From Selaginella moellendorffii (Eukaryota; Plantae; Lycopodiophyta), in contig NW_003314422.1 in NCBI RefSeq assembly GCF_000143415.4, positions 166,391-230,390 on the forward strand: 64,000 nt of DNA, in the 5' to 3' direction. A program made the position numbers and the translations under genes. Of this stretch, positions 39,970-51,315 are shown piece after piece; positions within the stretch are counted from its first letter, which is position 1; the number at the start of each line of letters is the position of its first letter. Under the pieces are notes generated by a model. It saw nothing but the letters and a program-made list of their open reading frames with translations. It had not been told where the DNA came from and made no database searches.

Positions 39970-41583
39970 TTACCAGGGTGCTGCTCCGGCAAAACTTGTT
40001 TTTCTAGGATGTGCTGAGAAAGTATTAGCAAGCAAAACATACGAAGCTCCATACTTGGGGTCCAACTCAACAAGTTTCTGTGTGACCCGAGCTCCATTTT
40101 CCATTGCACTGTGACTCTTGCAAGCCCCCAACAAACAAGTCCAGTCCGATGCCTCGGGAACAAAAGGCATGCTCGAAACCAAACTCTCGGCGTCCTCCAA
40201 ATGCCCAGCCCGTCCAAGCATATCAACCAAGCAGCAAAAATGCTGCTTGGTAGCCTTCATGCCAAAATCCTGGGTCAAGGAGACGAAGATACATCGACCA
40301 CTGTAAACTTTCCCGGCTCGACTACAAGCCATCAAAACCAAGAGGAGAGTAGAAGAATCAAAACTTTTCTCAATGATCTTCATCGAGTCAAAGAGCTCCA
40401 AAGCTGAAGTAAATCTGGAGCTGTGAGTGTATGCCGCAAGCATGACGTTCCAGGAAAAGATGCTCAAGCACGGCATCCGGTCGAAAAGATTCTTTGCAGC
40501 AACAATATGCCCAAACTGGGTATATACCGACATGATAGCATTTGACGATACCACACTCTTTAATGGAATGGAATTATACAAAGCTTGAGCCTCCCCAAGA
40601 CACCCTTGGCGAGAATACACTGCTAGCATCGTTGTCCGACATACCGAGTCTTGGAAAGGCATGGAATCAAACACCGCCTTCGATTCTTCCAGATACCCTC
40701 CTTGGGAATATGCAGCTAGTAGAGCGTTCCATGTCATGAGATTCCACTCGGGCATCAACAAAAACAAAAATCGAGCATATTCCACGTCGCCAGTGTTTCC
40801 ATACGCCACCATCAAAATGGTCCACGACACGATATTCTTTTGTGGCATTATCTTAAACAAGTCCGCGGCATCTTTGGTATGCCCGGATTGGGCATGCGCT
40901 GCAAGCAATGTGTTCCAAGATACCAGGTTTGGCTCCGGGATTCTATCAAAGACGTCTTTGGCTTCTAGAACTTTTTGCCTTTGGCCAAAAGCATCAACCA
41001 TCGCGTTGTAAGAAACAACATCATACTCAGGCATCTGATCGAAGATCTTCTGACTGAAATGCAAGGCATTTGATGCAAGCAGCGTCGTCCATGAAACCAG
41101 ATTCCAAGCGGGCATCTCGTCAAAAAATCTCTTTGCTTCATCTAGGCTCTCGTTGAGCGCGTATACTGAAAGCATCAGATTCCACGAGACAAGACTTCTC
41201 TCCGGCATGGCCTCGAATAAACGCCGAGCATCGTCAAGATGCCCGTTTTGGGCATATGCAGCAAGAAGCGAGTTCCAGCTCACGACATCGTACTCGGGCA
41301 TTTGCTCAAAGATCCTTCTGGCCTCCTGAAGCTGCCCATTGCGTGCGTAAGTGCAGAGCATGAGCACCCATGAAAAGGAATCCTTGTGAATGCCATCGAA
41401 GATCCATCGAGCAATCTCCGTGTTACCACACCGGCCATACATGTCGATCACCTTGTTGAGCGCGTAAACATCGCCTCTGGGTCGCATAAGGCGTTGGAGA
41501 CGGAAATGAAGCTCTTGGGCAGTCGCGAGGTCGTGGCAAGACTCCATAGCCGCGAGGCAAGCGTTCCTTTCCCCATAGGTCAT
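39970..41583 (-). CDS. PLS-class pentatricopeptide repeat protein with E domain, no DYW
   Basis: Tandem repeats such as FEQMPEYDVVSWNSLLAAYAQNG; HFCCLVDMLGRAGHLEDA; WTCLLGACKSH; SYVLLANTF. Confidence 0.95.
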   Translation of the reverse strand: MTYGERNACLAAMESCHDLATAQELHFRLQRLMRPRGDVYALNKVIDMYGRCGNTEIARWIFDGIHKDSFSWVLMLCTYARNGQLQEARRIFEQMPEYDVVSWNSLLAAYAQNGHLDDARRLFEAMPERSLVSWNLMLSVYALNESLDEAKRFFDEMPAWNLVSWTTLLASNALHFSQKIFDQMPEYDVVSYNAMVDAFGQRQKVLEAKDVFDRIPEPNLVSWNTLLAAHAQSGHTKDAADLFKIMPQKNIVSWTILMVAYGNTGDVEYARFLFLLMPEWNLMTWNALLAAYSQGGYLEESKAVFDSMPFQDSVCRTTMLAVYSRQGCLGEAQALYNSIPLKSVVSSNAIMSVYTQFGHIVAAKNLFDRMPCLSIFSWNVMLAAYTHSSRFTSALELFDSMKIIEKSFDSSTLLLVLMACSRAGKVYSGRCIFVSLTQDFGMKATKQHFCCLVDMLGRAGHLEDAESLVSSMPFVPEASDWTCLLGACKSHSAMENGARVTQKLVELDPKYGASYVLLANTFSAHPRKTSFAGAAPW

Positions 41584-41771
41584 ACAAACTTGAGAGTTTT
41601 AAGCAACCGGACAAAATTGGTTTGCTTGTTCCATCTTTCCATGCATTTATCAAACGAGACATAGACTTTTGTGTAAGTCAACAGATAGCGTCTCCACCAA
41701 AGCCTGCAAACCATTATATAGTTCTATTTCTTGATCCACAACATTGTCTTATTGTTATTGCTGAAATCCCT

Positions 41772-42749
41772 ATGGCAAAACATATTACACTAATCTTTTT
41801 GTTTTTCCTGATTTTTTTTGTTGCCCCTATCAAATGCCCACCAGGTGGTGGACGGCCAATTACCTTTAGCAATGGACTTCCGGGATTCCTCTCACATAAT
41901 GACATTGCACGCCTTATAACTTTCTTCAGAAACCTGACCTCCACAGCATTCCAATTTGGTGGAAGTTTTGGTGCTGGTGCATCCACTAGTGACACCTTAC
42001 TCCTGGAGGGGGGTACAGTAGATTGCACCCTTTTTATTCAGGATGGGAACCAAGGTGATAGATGTTCAGCATCACCTTCCAATAGTCGTAGAACAACAAT
42101 CCAAGGGGTTCAAGCTCATGCCGCCTTTGCTTACTTACTCTATGAAAGCCAAGATGTGATTAGGAGTAGATTGTATGGTTACCATAGAGCGGCAGTAGAT
42201 TTTTTAGATGAAATATTTGTGCTAGAATACAGTGCTATCTATACTTCAAGTCCACCTCCTAGCCCTCCAAGCCCTCAAGTAATCTTTAATGACAATAGTA
42301 ATTCTAAAGTTCAAGAAGCTCGTTCTACAGGTTGTCTTTCAGTGTTTGAGACAACTTTATTTGGATGGTGGCCTCATAATACACTTTTTAGTGGTGAAAA
42401 ACTATATTCTCCAAACGGGCTTATTATGCTGAGTTTACAAAGCAATGGAATCCTTGCTCTTTACAAGATTTTGATTCAAAACTCCCCTTTGTGGACTTCA
42501 AATTCTTTTTCAAACACAGTGGGCAATTGTAGGCTTGTTTTGGAATACAATGGAGGCTTAACAATATATGATGGAAACAACAATGTAATTTGGAAGTCTA
42601 ATTACAGTTGTGACTGTTCAATCCAACCATCGATTTTCTCTGTCCAAAACGATTGTAATATTGTCACCTATAAAATATCTAGTCGATTTGATAGTTCTCA
42701 CACCAGCTCACCAACATGGTCTTCTGGGACTTATACAAAGTGCCACTAA
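41772..42749 (+). CDS. Secreted protein: signal peptide + unknown ~130-aa domain + Ser/Pro linker + bulb-type (GNA/B-) lectin domain, 325 aa, intronless
   Basis: MAKHITLIFLFFLIFFVA signal and SSPPPSPPSP linker. NTLFSGEKLYSPNG...LQSNGILALY...LWTS...IWKS...VQNDCNIVTY is a B-lectin pattern. Confidence 0.85.
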   Translation: MAKHITLIFLFFLIFFVAPIKCPPGGGRPITFSNGLPGFLSHNDIARLITFFRNLTSTAFQFGGSFGAGASTSDTLLLEGGTVDCTLFIQDGNQGDRCSASPSNSRRTTIQGVQAHAAFAYLLYESQDVIRSRLYGYHRAAVDFLDEIFVLEYSAIYTSSPPPSPPSPQVIFNDNSNSKVQEARSTGCLSVFETTLFGWWPHNTLFSGEKLYSPNGLIMLSLQSNGILALYKILIQNSPLWTSNSFSNTVGNCRLVLEYNGGLTIYDGNNNVIWKSNYSCDCSIQPSIFSVQNDCNIVTYKISSRFDSSHTSSPTWSSGTYTKCH

Positions 42750-43899
42750 TGAAAATAGTTTCTTATTAAAATATTATTTTTGAATAATAATATAAATTAA
42801 ATTAGCAGATGTAATTCTAAAATAACACTTCTAAAGACTAGCAAGAAAGAGTAAGTTATATTAGCTATGCTTAATCTACCCACTATCCTTATTATACATT
42901 TGGAACATAGCCCCCCTCCCCCTTAAAGAATACACACTCTAGTACTAGGAGTTAAATCTCTAAAATAAACTTGAAACATATTAAATATAAAATAATACTA
43001 AATTGCAAATTTGAATGCAGGAACAACACCATCATGTTTAGGACAAACTTTACATTTCATAGATGTGCCTAACTTGCAGATTTAGACACTTTTCATAAAT
43101 AGTTAATAAGACCAAACAAAACTAACATATAGGGTATAATAGTAAGGGTGTTTAGTAGACATGATTTGGTGATATTAAGGGACTAATTTCAATACACCAA
43201 AGTTTTTGTCATTAACCAATGCAAAACACAACAAGATGGGAACTCCTTACGAAGTTAAGTATGTTTAATTAATAGTATGTAGGAATTCTATCCTTATGCT
43301 TGTTCAGTCTAAGTACACTTGAAATGCTAAATAACTCCACTAGCACAAGAGGTGATAAAGGGTTTAGCAATACCAACCTCTTACTGTCATAATAGTAAAA
43401 AAAGAATATCCAAAAAGACTCACCGATAAATAATTTTTAATATTTGTAGTCATATTTGATAAATATGTATGTACATTCCCCATATCCCAATAAGACTAAT
43501 ACAAAAATTAGCGTGCCACCCTCTCAATGAGTTACTTTACGTGATCCTCTTATGTTTCAATTGGACCTAATCCTTGAGTAGAAGTGGACATGGTTGTTTC
43601 CTTTGGATCATGTTAATGTTCAAGTCTCCCCCTTGAGTTAAATGTAAAACAAAGTCCGAGGGGTGCCACTACTAATCAATCTTTCCATCTACCATTTTGC
43701 TGAAACACAGAAGTCATCTGATCCTCCACTCTTCTAGCTACCTTGGTTTTGCCTGCTTTTTAAGAATGGTATAATGAAGACACATTGCTGCAAGAGTGAG
43801 TCTCCACCATAATACCACCACCACAAATATCCTTGCTTGCTGCCTATTGAAGTGACAATGATTCCATGCCTCCTAAAGTGCTTGCACTCCCATCACTTC

Positions 43900-44215
43900 T
43901 CTAGATAGATTGGTGCTCATGGCCTATCACCTCCAAGACTAATATCCTGACTTTAGCCTCTATCACATCCTACTGGACTTGCATACTCCATCCTGTTGTC
44001 CTTGACATTGAATATGTCTCTAAGAAAGACCAATGGCTAGACCTCTAGCTCCTTCAAACCAATGGAGAATGTCTTTGCTCCGAACCTCAAACTCTGGAAT
44101 ATCTCCTAATTCATGTGTCACTTTGAGAATCTGTCACCATATCTTTCTCGCCCACAAAGCATGTTGCACTGTCTTTAGTTCGCCTCACTCCTTGCATCAT
44201 GGCATCTTTGTCATA
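43900..44215 (-). mobile_element. Second LINE zf-RVT remnant
   Basis: CKE*GELKTVQHALWARKIW*QILKV; nucleotide similarity to ~13170-13380. Confidence 0.5.
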
Positions 44216-46524
44216 GTCACATTCAAGACACTATATGTCATAAGTGGGATAATGAAAAATCCCAGTTTAACAAAATGAAGCATAATCATAAATAAAGCAA
44301 TTCGGCACAAGTTTATGAGCAATATAATTAGGTAAACTCCTTCATGCTTATCAGCCTTATAGCCATGTGTTTAATCTAGAACCCCACATAAATCCCCTTA
44401 AGAGCCAAAAATAAGTAAAGAAAACTAAAGAACTTAGATTTTCAACCATTTTTTTTCTCTCACTTGTGATCGCATATAAATTGGTAATCCTTATTTCTCT
44501 TGTGCCTAAATGCGGCTTTGATACAAAAAAAATTAGAAGATTCTAGAGATTATAATATTCTAGACTATTTCAACAATATCATAATTCAAAAATAGTTCCA
44601 TATTTTTCTGGAATATCAAATTAATGGCCTTCAAATGTACAATGCCACCCTAATATTCCAGAAAAATAAGGAACTAGAGCAATTTTAAGGACCCTAAACC
44701 TTAAACTGTAAACCCAAAACCATCTCTACCTAAAAAAATTATAAATATAGCACAAGAATCAATAAATTTTTAAAGTTTACTACATCTGCCTCATGTTTCC
44801 TACAAGCTATTTCTAAATCCTAAATTATAAACTTTTTTTCTAATGGGGAAATACCTAACCAATTATCTCACAACCTTTCTCAAGGTATTGAAGGAAATAA
44901 TTTATCTCCTTGGGTTTAGGGTAATTTTAAAGGTATAAACCATAAACCCTAAATTCTAGGGTTTCTAATATAAGCCTATAAAGATCCCTAAATAAATAAA
45001 TATATAATAAGAAATATAATGAAATGTGAATTAGGCAACTATAATGAGTTCTAAACAATGGTATAGTGAGTGAATGGGTGGGCAAAAAATTATTTGAAAT
45101 GACTCAAACTGATTACAATAATAGATGGCATGACATGATGTAAAGAAAACTTAGAAACCAGGATTAAAATAAGGAAATGCATAAGTTCTCAAAAGACAGA
45201 AGTTGGCACTATCTCAAAATGAAAATTGAAGTTTACATTTGTGCTCTTCTTGGTACCAGATCCTAGAAAAGAAGAATATGAAAGCAAAGAGAGAAAAACA
45301 AATAAAGAAAAAAAACAAAAAAATGAAAAAAGAAAAGTTTTCACCATATATAACGATAATAATGGAAAACATATTTGCAAAGATCTGGTGGTTGAGTGAA
45401 GTAGTTTTGACTATAAATGATATTGTAGTCACTAGAAGTCACTATATGGTGATAAACTGATGGCTCTAATAAGTTGGTGATAGTGTGTGAAACATAGCCA
45501 AGCTCAATTTAGGGTTTAGGGTTTAGTGTTATGAACAATATTTGGTGGCCATGGTTAAATCTTTGTGGGTTAGAACACACCCTCCACAAGCTTAAAAGCA
45601 ACTACTTCTTTATGGAAACATGTGTGGAAATTGTGATCACAAGAATAAAATAAAGAACTTCAGTGTTGGAAACTAGAGAGGAAAGCCAAAATTTTAAACT
45701 TTTTTTAATTGGGGAAATACCTAACTAATTATCTTGCAACCTTCCTCAACATTTGCTAAAAATAATCTACAGTAAATTCTAGGGTTCAGAAGGTAAGCCC
45801 TAGGATTTAGAGAGATTATTTAAAACCAAGGGTATGAATCTTTAAAAGATTTGGAAAGTTGTGATAAAAACATAGCTAGGTGAGTATCTATTATTGTATA
45901 TACTATATAGTAATTACCTTCAACTAGTTTTGTGTGTTATTTAGCGCTTCTAGCCCTATAACATAAACCCTAAGCCCTTATTTTAGAGTTTTTATTATTT
46001 CAAGAGTGTATGGAGGACATATATGATACAGTATTTATTATAATTTTATTATTTTTACTCATATATAAAAGTAATATGAGTTATGGTAAACAAATGTCCT
46101 AAACTAATATGTGAATGTCCAAGAACCTACTCTTGAGTGCCAAGAACCTAGCTAAAAGTTAGTGCCCTAAGTAAAAGCATTGCCATAGCAATGTTAAGCA
46201 CTAACATAAGCACCCAACAGGCCCTAAGAAATGAGGGCTAAATTTTCACAAATGTTTCTTTTATATGGTGTCTTGCAACTAATATTATACCTCAATTTAA
46301 ACCAATCAATCAATGTAATAATGTCTTTATAAAGTAATTGGAAAACCTTTTTTTAAAGAGTTTGCTAAAATTTTTTCTTATATAAATAAAATAAAATTTA
46401 GTGTAAATTTTAAAAGTAAAACTTATACAAAATTGTAAAATAAGTCTTAGCTATTTAAACTATAATTTAGAGTTTTATTTACCTCCTAGAAAGTTTTATA
46501 ATATTTAGAGGATATAAATCTTAT

Positions 46525-46529
<5 letters not shown>

Positions 46530-46610
<81 letters not shown>
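46530..46610. repeat. (TA)n microsatellite
   Basis: Seen directly. Confidence 0.99.
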
Positions 46611-46612
<2 letters not shown>

Positions 46613-47317
46613 CAAAATTGTGTTCTATATGAGTTTGAGTTTTATATACTAACACATGAGTTTTCATATTTATACATCTAGTTTTTATACTTAATATTTT
46701 TATCTCCTTCCAGTGAGTTTATGGTGTTTAGCTTAAGAGAGGAAATTTTTTGCTGAAGATTAGATCAAGGTATAACTATAGTCATCAATAATAACTATGG
46801 CATAACTAAGTCATGTCTAAACTAGTATATGTATAGACATGACCAATTGATGAAATAACTGAGAATTATCCACTAGCTAGTTTATGCCTTATACTCTAAA
46901 GAGTTACTCCTCATTCACACAAGTATGAACCACATATGCCAAGGGGATGCCTCAAAAAAATTATAGCTGAACTATCTCTAACTTAGATATATATGCTTAG
47001 AATATGCCTTGATCTTTAATTACCAATCTCTATCAAAATTTTATACAAATAAACAAGAACTTGGTTAATAAGATTTTGGTTTTAGGATTTAAATATTTTG
47101 ATTTAACCCTAAACCCTAGGGTTGATAAATGTATATATACATTACCTCATATCCCAAAGGGACTAAAACAACATAAGAGCACACTCTCAAAGAAATTAGC
47201 AAAACTATGAGCAAAAACACCCAACACTGCTTTTGGGCTGTTTGCCTCACTCCATTGAGAAACTTAATGCCACTTGTTATACTCCATAACCTGTGAGACT
47301 TGTTATGGAACACTCCA

Positions 47318-50300
47318 ACTTTAGTCATTTAACCACACTTCCAACAATTTAGAGGAGTCTTACTCATAACCTTAATAAGTTCTATTTTGGACTTAGGGAT
47401 TTGTCAACCTCATGAATGGCATTTATACCACTCAACCTTAGCACTTGGTCCAAGTGCTCCACATATTCAATCATATTATCAACACCCCAAAGGACTGACA
47501 TCTTAGCTTGTTACGCTAATGCCATGTCCATCTACCCTTGTCTCATTGGTAATCCTAGTCCACCTATGCCATAGTTATCTTTCAAAGACTAGACCATTTG
47601 TCCATGAGTGGTGATCCCAGAACCACTCTTTAGCATCCTTAAGATGCCTAGAGATATATGGAATAGCATCCCCTAACATCCCTTTTTCAATCCCCACCAA
47701 GTCCCTCTCCGTCCCCGGCTGTATTTGCTAACACTGCCATTAGGTCAAGGCTCGAAAGCCCAACCACTACATCCCGTTGACCTTTGAGACTTCCTTGACA
47801 CATGACCACATCCTTGATCACTACATAAGAGGATTATTCCTCTTGTTTTCCACAGTTTGGGACTTTGGGATAACATTTCAAAATATTGTGGATCTACACA
47901 AGCCTCATAAATGCTCTCCCCACCTTCTGCCTTTGGGTGCCCTAGCCATGTGGCTAGAGCGAGGTTCTAATGAGCCACACTAGGTATCCAAGTAGGTAGT
48001 GCCACCCATACTTTATTGACCATTCAATCTAGAGCCGGCTTTTGAACACTTCACCAAGTTACCCCACTTGTCCATTCATATTCACTTTATCCTTGAACTC
48101 CTCAATTATTATATCATCACTTAGCCTTCCTTGGTCACATTAGCCTTTCTTGGCTAAATTGGCTCCACTAGAGTCCTCCCCCTACTATACTTTTGGAGCT
48201 CACCAAACCCCTCTAGGCTCTGGGAGGCGATTGCTTTGGGCTTTCACCCTTGGACTTGGACTCGGACTCAAACTTGGACTTAGACTCAAACTTGATCTCG
48301 GTCTCAGCTTTGGTAGTGTTTTGTGAGCCTTAAGTTTGTGAATGCAAACAATGGTCATGGGTAACCTACCTTGATGAGATTGGCCACGTACAAATGCTAG
48401 ATCTAAATATCCTTGGTTCATAAGCACTCATAGATATTATCAAGAAAGGCCTTAATCACATCACCCCAAAACCACTCCAGGTGGCAAAACTTATTGTTGA
48501 AATTTGTGAGGCTTGGGATCATATTGCCAATATAATCCTAAAGGTTTACATCTGAAACTAACCAAGTAATAAAGTTGTTGTTGAACAGCATGTAAATTAC
48601 TAGGTTTGAATGGCATTATAGAATTGCTAAAGCACCCTATTCATGGATGTAATGACCACCCCCGAGGTGCAATTGCAATTGGAATGGGTGCATAAACACT
48701 TATATATATTAGTGGGATTGATAAAGCAGCCAACACACCTATATTCTTTTGCAAAACATTAGCCCATGGAGAAGCACTTGCATAGATGAACAGCAAAGGC
48801 TTCTCACTCGCATTCTCAGACAAGAATGTCCTTCAAACACTTGAGACAGTTGTAAAACAACTACTTGGTGACCCACTCTTACAGGAATTCCCACCTCAAC
48901 GACAGGATCTCCCATACCTCATGGGAATCTACAAAGTGCATAAGAACAAAATGCGTTAGTTAATGAATGTGGATGGATGTGTCTTTTTGGAAATCACAAT
49001 TTGCCTAATAGCTATCCTAAAAGGGATATAGGAGGCATTATAAAACATAGCTGATGATTTTTATGCATGGGTAAAGTTTTTTGGAGGAAAAACAAATGTA
49101 TGCTATATCCTTGGATCTACATAAGAGTTTGCAATTAATCTCCTTAATAGAATCATAACAATTTACATTAAAGACATCATCAAGTGATATGAGGCAATTC
49201 CCCTCGAGGGAGACCAAGGCTTTACGATGGCTATAACACATTTTGTCAACTTAGCCTTTGCACACTAAAATTATCTCAAAAAAACCTCTTTGTAATCCAA
49301 AAGAAAAATGGCAATTTTGAGGCCGAATGAAAACTTCTATATCACTTATCGGTAAAAGCTACAAGAATGGAGCTAACAAAAGTCATCGAACTTAATAACT
49401 TCATCATTTAACACACATATGTCCAGTTGGGGAACAGAGTGTGGAGGTAAGTCTGAGGAATCCCTATGGGCTTCTTATGCTCTCCCTTGTGGTGTAATTT
49501 GTACCTCTTTTACTTCGAGTATAATTTTGTTATTTGACTTGCACAATTAGGCCAATATGATTTACTCTGCCTTTTTAAACATAGCTTCAGGTACATAGAT
49601 GACCTCATTTCGATGAACAATCCTATGATCTTCTCCTTCCTTGACCCTGATCAAATAAAGTTCAAAGGAAATCCATTTTGGATATATCCACTACAATTCC
49701 TTGCCATGTAAAATGAGATGGACAATCCATTTATTGGTACGGATGGCTCACTCGTGAATTTGTTAGCTCATTTCCTGAGCTTTTAGATCTGGGTTGACAA
49801 TACTTTTCTAACAACAAAGTACAATAAGTGTAGATCACTTAAATTCCAGATCTCGATGTATATCTATTGAGACTTTAATCACCTTGTTGCAAACTCATCT
49901 AAAGTAATCCTGGGACAAGTTTTTGCACTTTTCTATTTTATTAATACCATTAGTGGTGTCATCCTTGATATTGATAATCAGTAAGTGACTAAATTTTCTA
50001 TTCTACTTTAGTCACTTAACCACACCTTTAACCACTTGAAGGAGTCTCACTCATAACCTCTATAAGTCCTATTCAGGACTTAGAGCTTGTTAGCCCCAAG
50101 AATAACATCCATGCCACTCAACCTTTACATTTAGTTTAAGTGCTCTACGTGTCTGATTCTATGACTGACACCCAAAGATACCACTAATATAACAACCCAT
50201 TACGCTAAGGCCATGCCCATTCACCTTTGTCACATGGTGATCTAACACCACTTATATCATAGTCTTGTCTCTCAAAAACTGAGCTATTCGTCCATGAGTG

Positions 50301-50380
50301 ATCATCCTAGATCCATCTTTAGGATTTTCGCAGACATGGGAAATAGCCTCCCTTTTTTGGTCCCTACTAAATCCCTTTTT
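47318..50380 (+). mobile_element. Degenerate Penelope-like retroelement (Naiad/Chlamys-like RT) with flanking diverged direct repeats
   Basis: RT remnants GIDKAANTPIFFCK (~48715), LPYLMGIYKVHK (~48910), GIPMGFLCSPLWCNLYLFYFE (~49457) and FRYIDDL (~49586). Diverged direct repeats at ~47318-47715 and ~50005-50380. Confidence 0.78.
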
Positions 50381-50384
50381 GTTT

Positions 50385-50873
50385 ATAATACATTTTATTT
50401 CTCTCCCCTTAAGTTAATTGAAAAAGGGGTAATTGTTTGGTGAGAGAGCCTTTAATAGCTATTTTATCCCCATTTATCCCTTGGTTCTAATTGTTATTTA
50501 TGGTAAGTGTCTAAATTTGCTAATTTTCTAATGATCCATTGTTTGGTGAGAGAGTCTTTAGTAGCTATTTTATCCTCATTTATCCCCCAAGGTTCTACTG
50601 ATCTATGGTGATAGTATATCCAAATTTCATCTCATGATCACATACATTACACTCACCCCCCCAAGGTTCTACTAATCCATGGTGATAGTATATCCAAATT
50701 TCATCTCATGATCACATGCACTAAACTCACCCCCCCATTCAAAGATGTCAATGTCCTCATTGACTATTGACTAACAACCCTTATTGAGCTTAAGGGAACT
50801 AACACCTTCATTTCCACAATAAATCTACCAATTCTTCCATTGTGTAGATCAGCTATTCCATGTGAGGCAACTA
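50385..50873 (-). mobile_element. Degenerate fragment of the same TRIM family as 13392-15686
   Basis: Reverse complement of the LTR, PPT and internal sequence, with local tandem duplications. Confidence 0.8.
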
Positions 50874-51315
50874 AAGCTCTATTTCGTTAAAGTGGGAATT
50901 GTCATTATCCCACTTGTAAAATAAGGTTTCCAAACCTTTATATAGTATATAAATATAACAAAATTCAACTGCATTGAGGCACATGCCATTTTATTTTAAA
51001 CAAGGAAATGTCTACTCAATCACTTCTCCTCCCCCTGCCACTGCTTCACCTCTCTCTTCTCCTTGTCATCGTCGTCCAATTTCTTTCCATCCTTTTAATA
51101 TTGGCTCAGTTGCTCCGAGTCTAGATGGAGCCCAAGTCCCCATTCAATCTTTACTTTCCCCTTATTAATAAAACAACTTCGTAGACTTCCAATAACATGC
51201 TGTAACACTTCTAGTATAATGCAAATCCTCTCAAAGAATTGTCTTTTAATATTAATACAATGGCATGGAACCCCATGCCATAATAAGTTACATTTTTAAA
51301 TAAATACATGCCATC

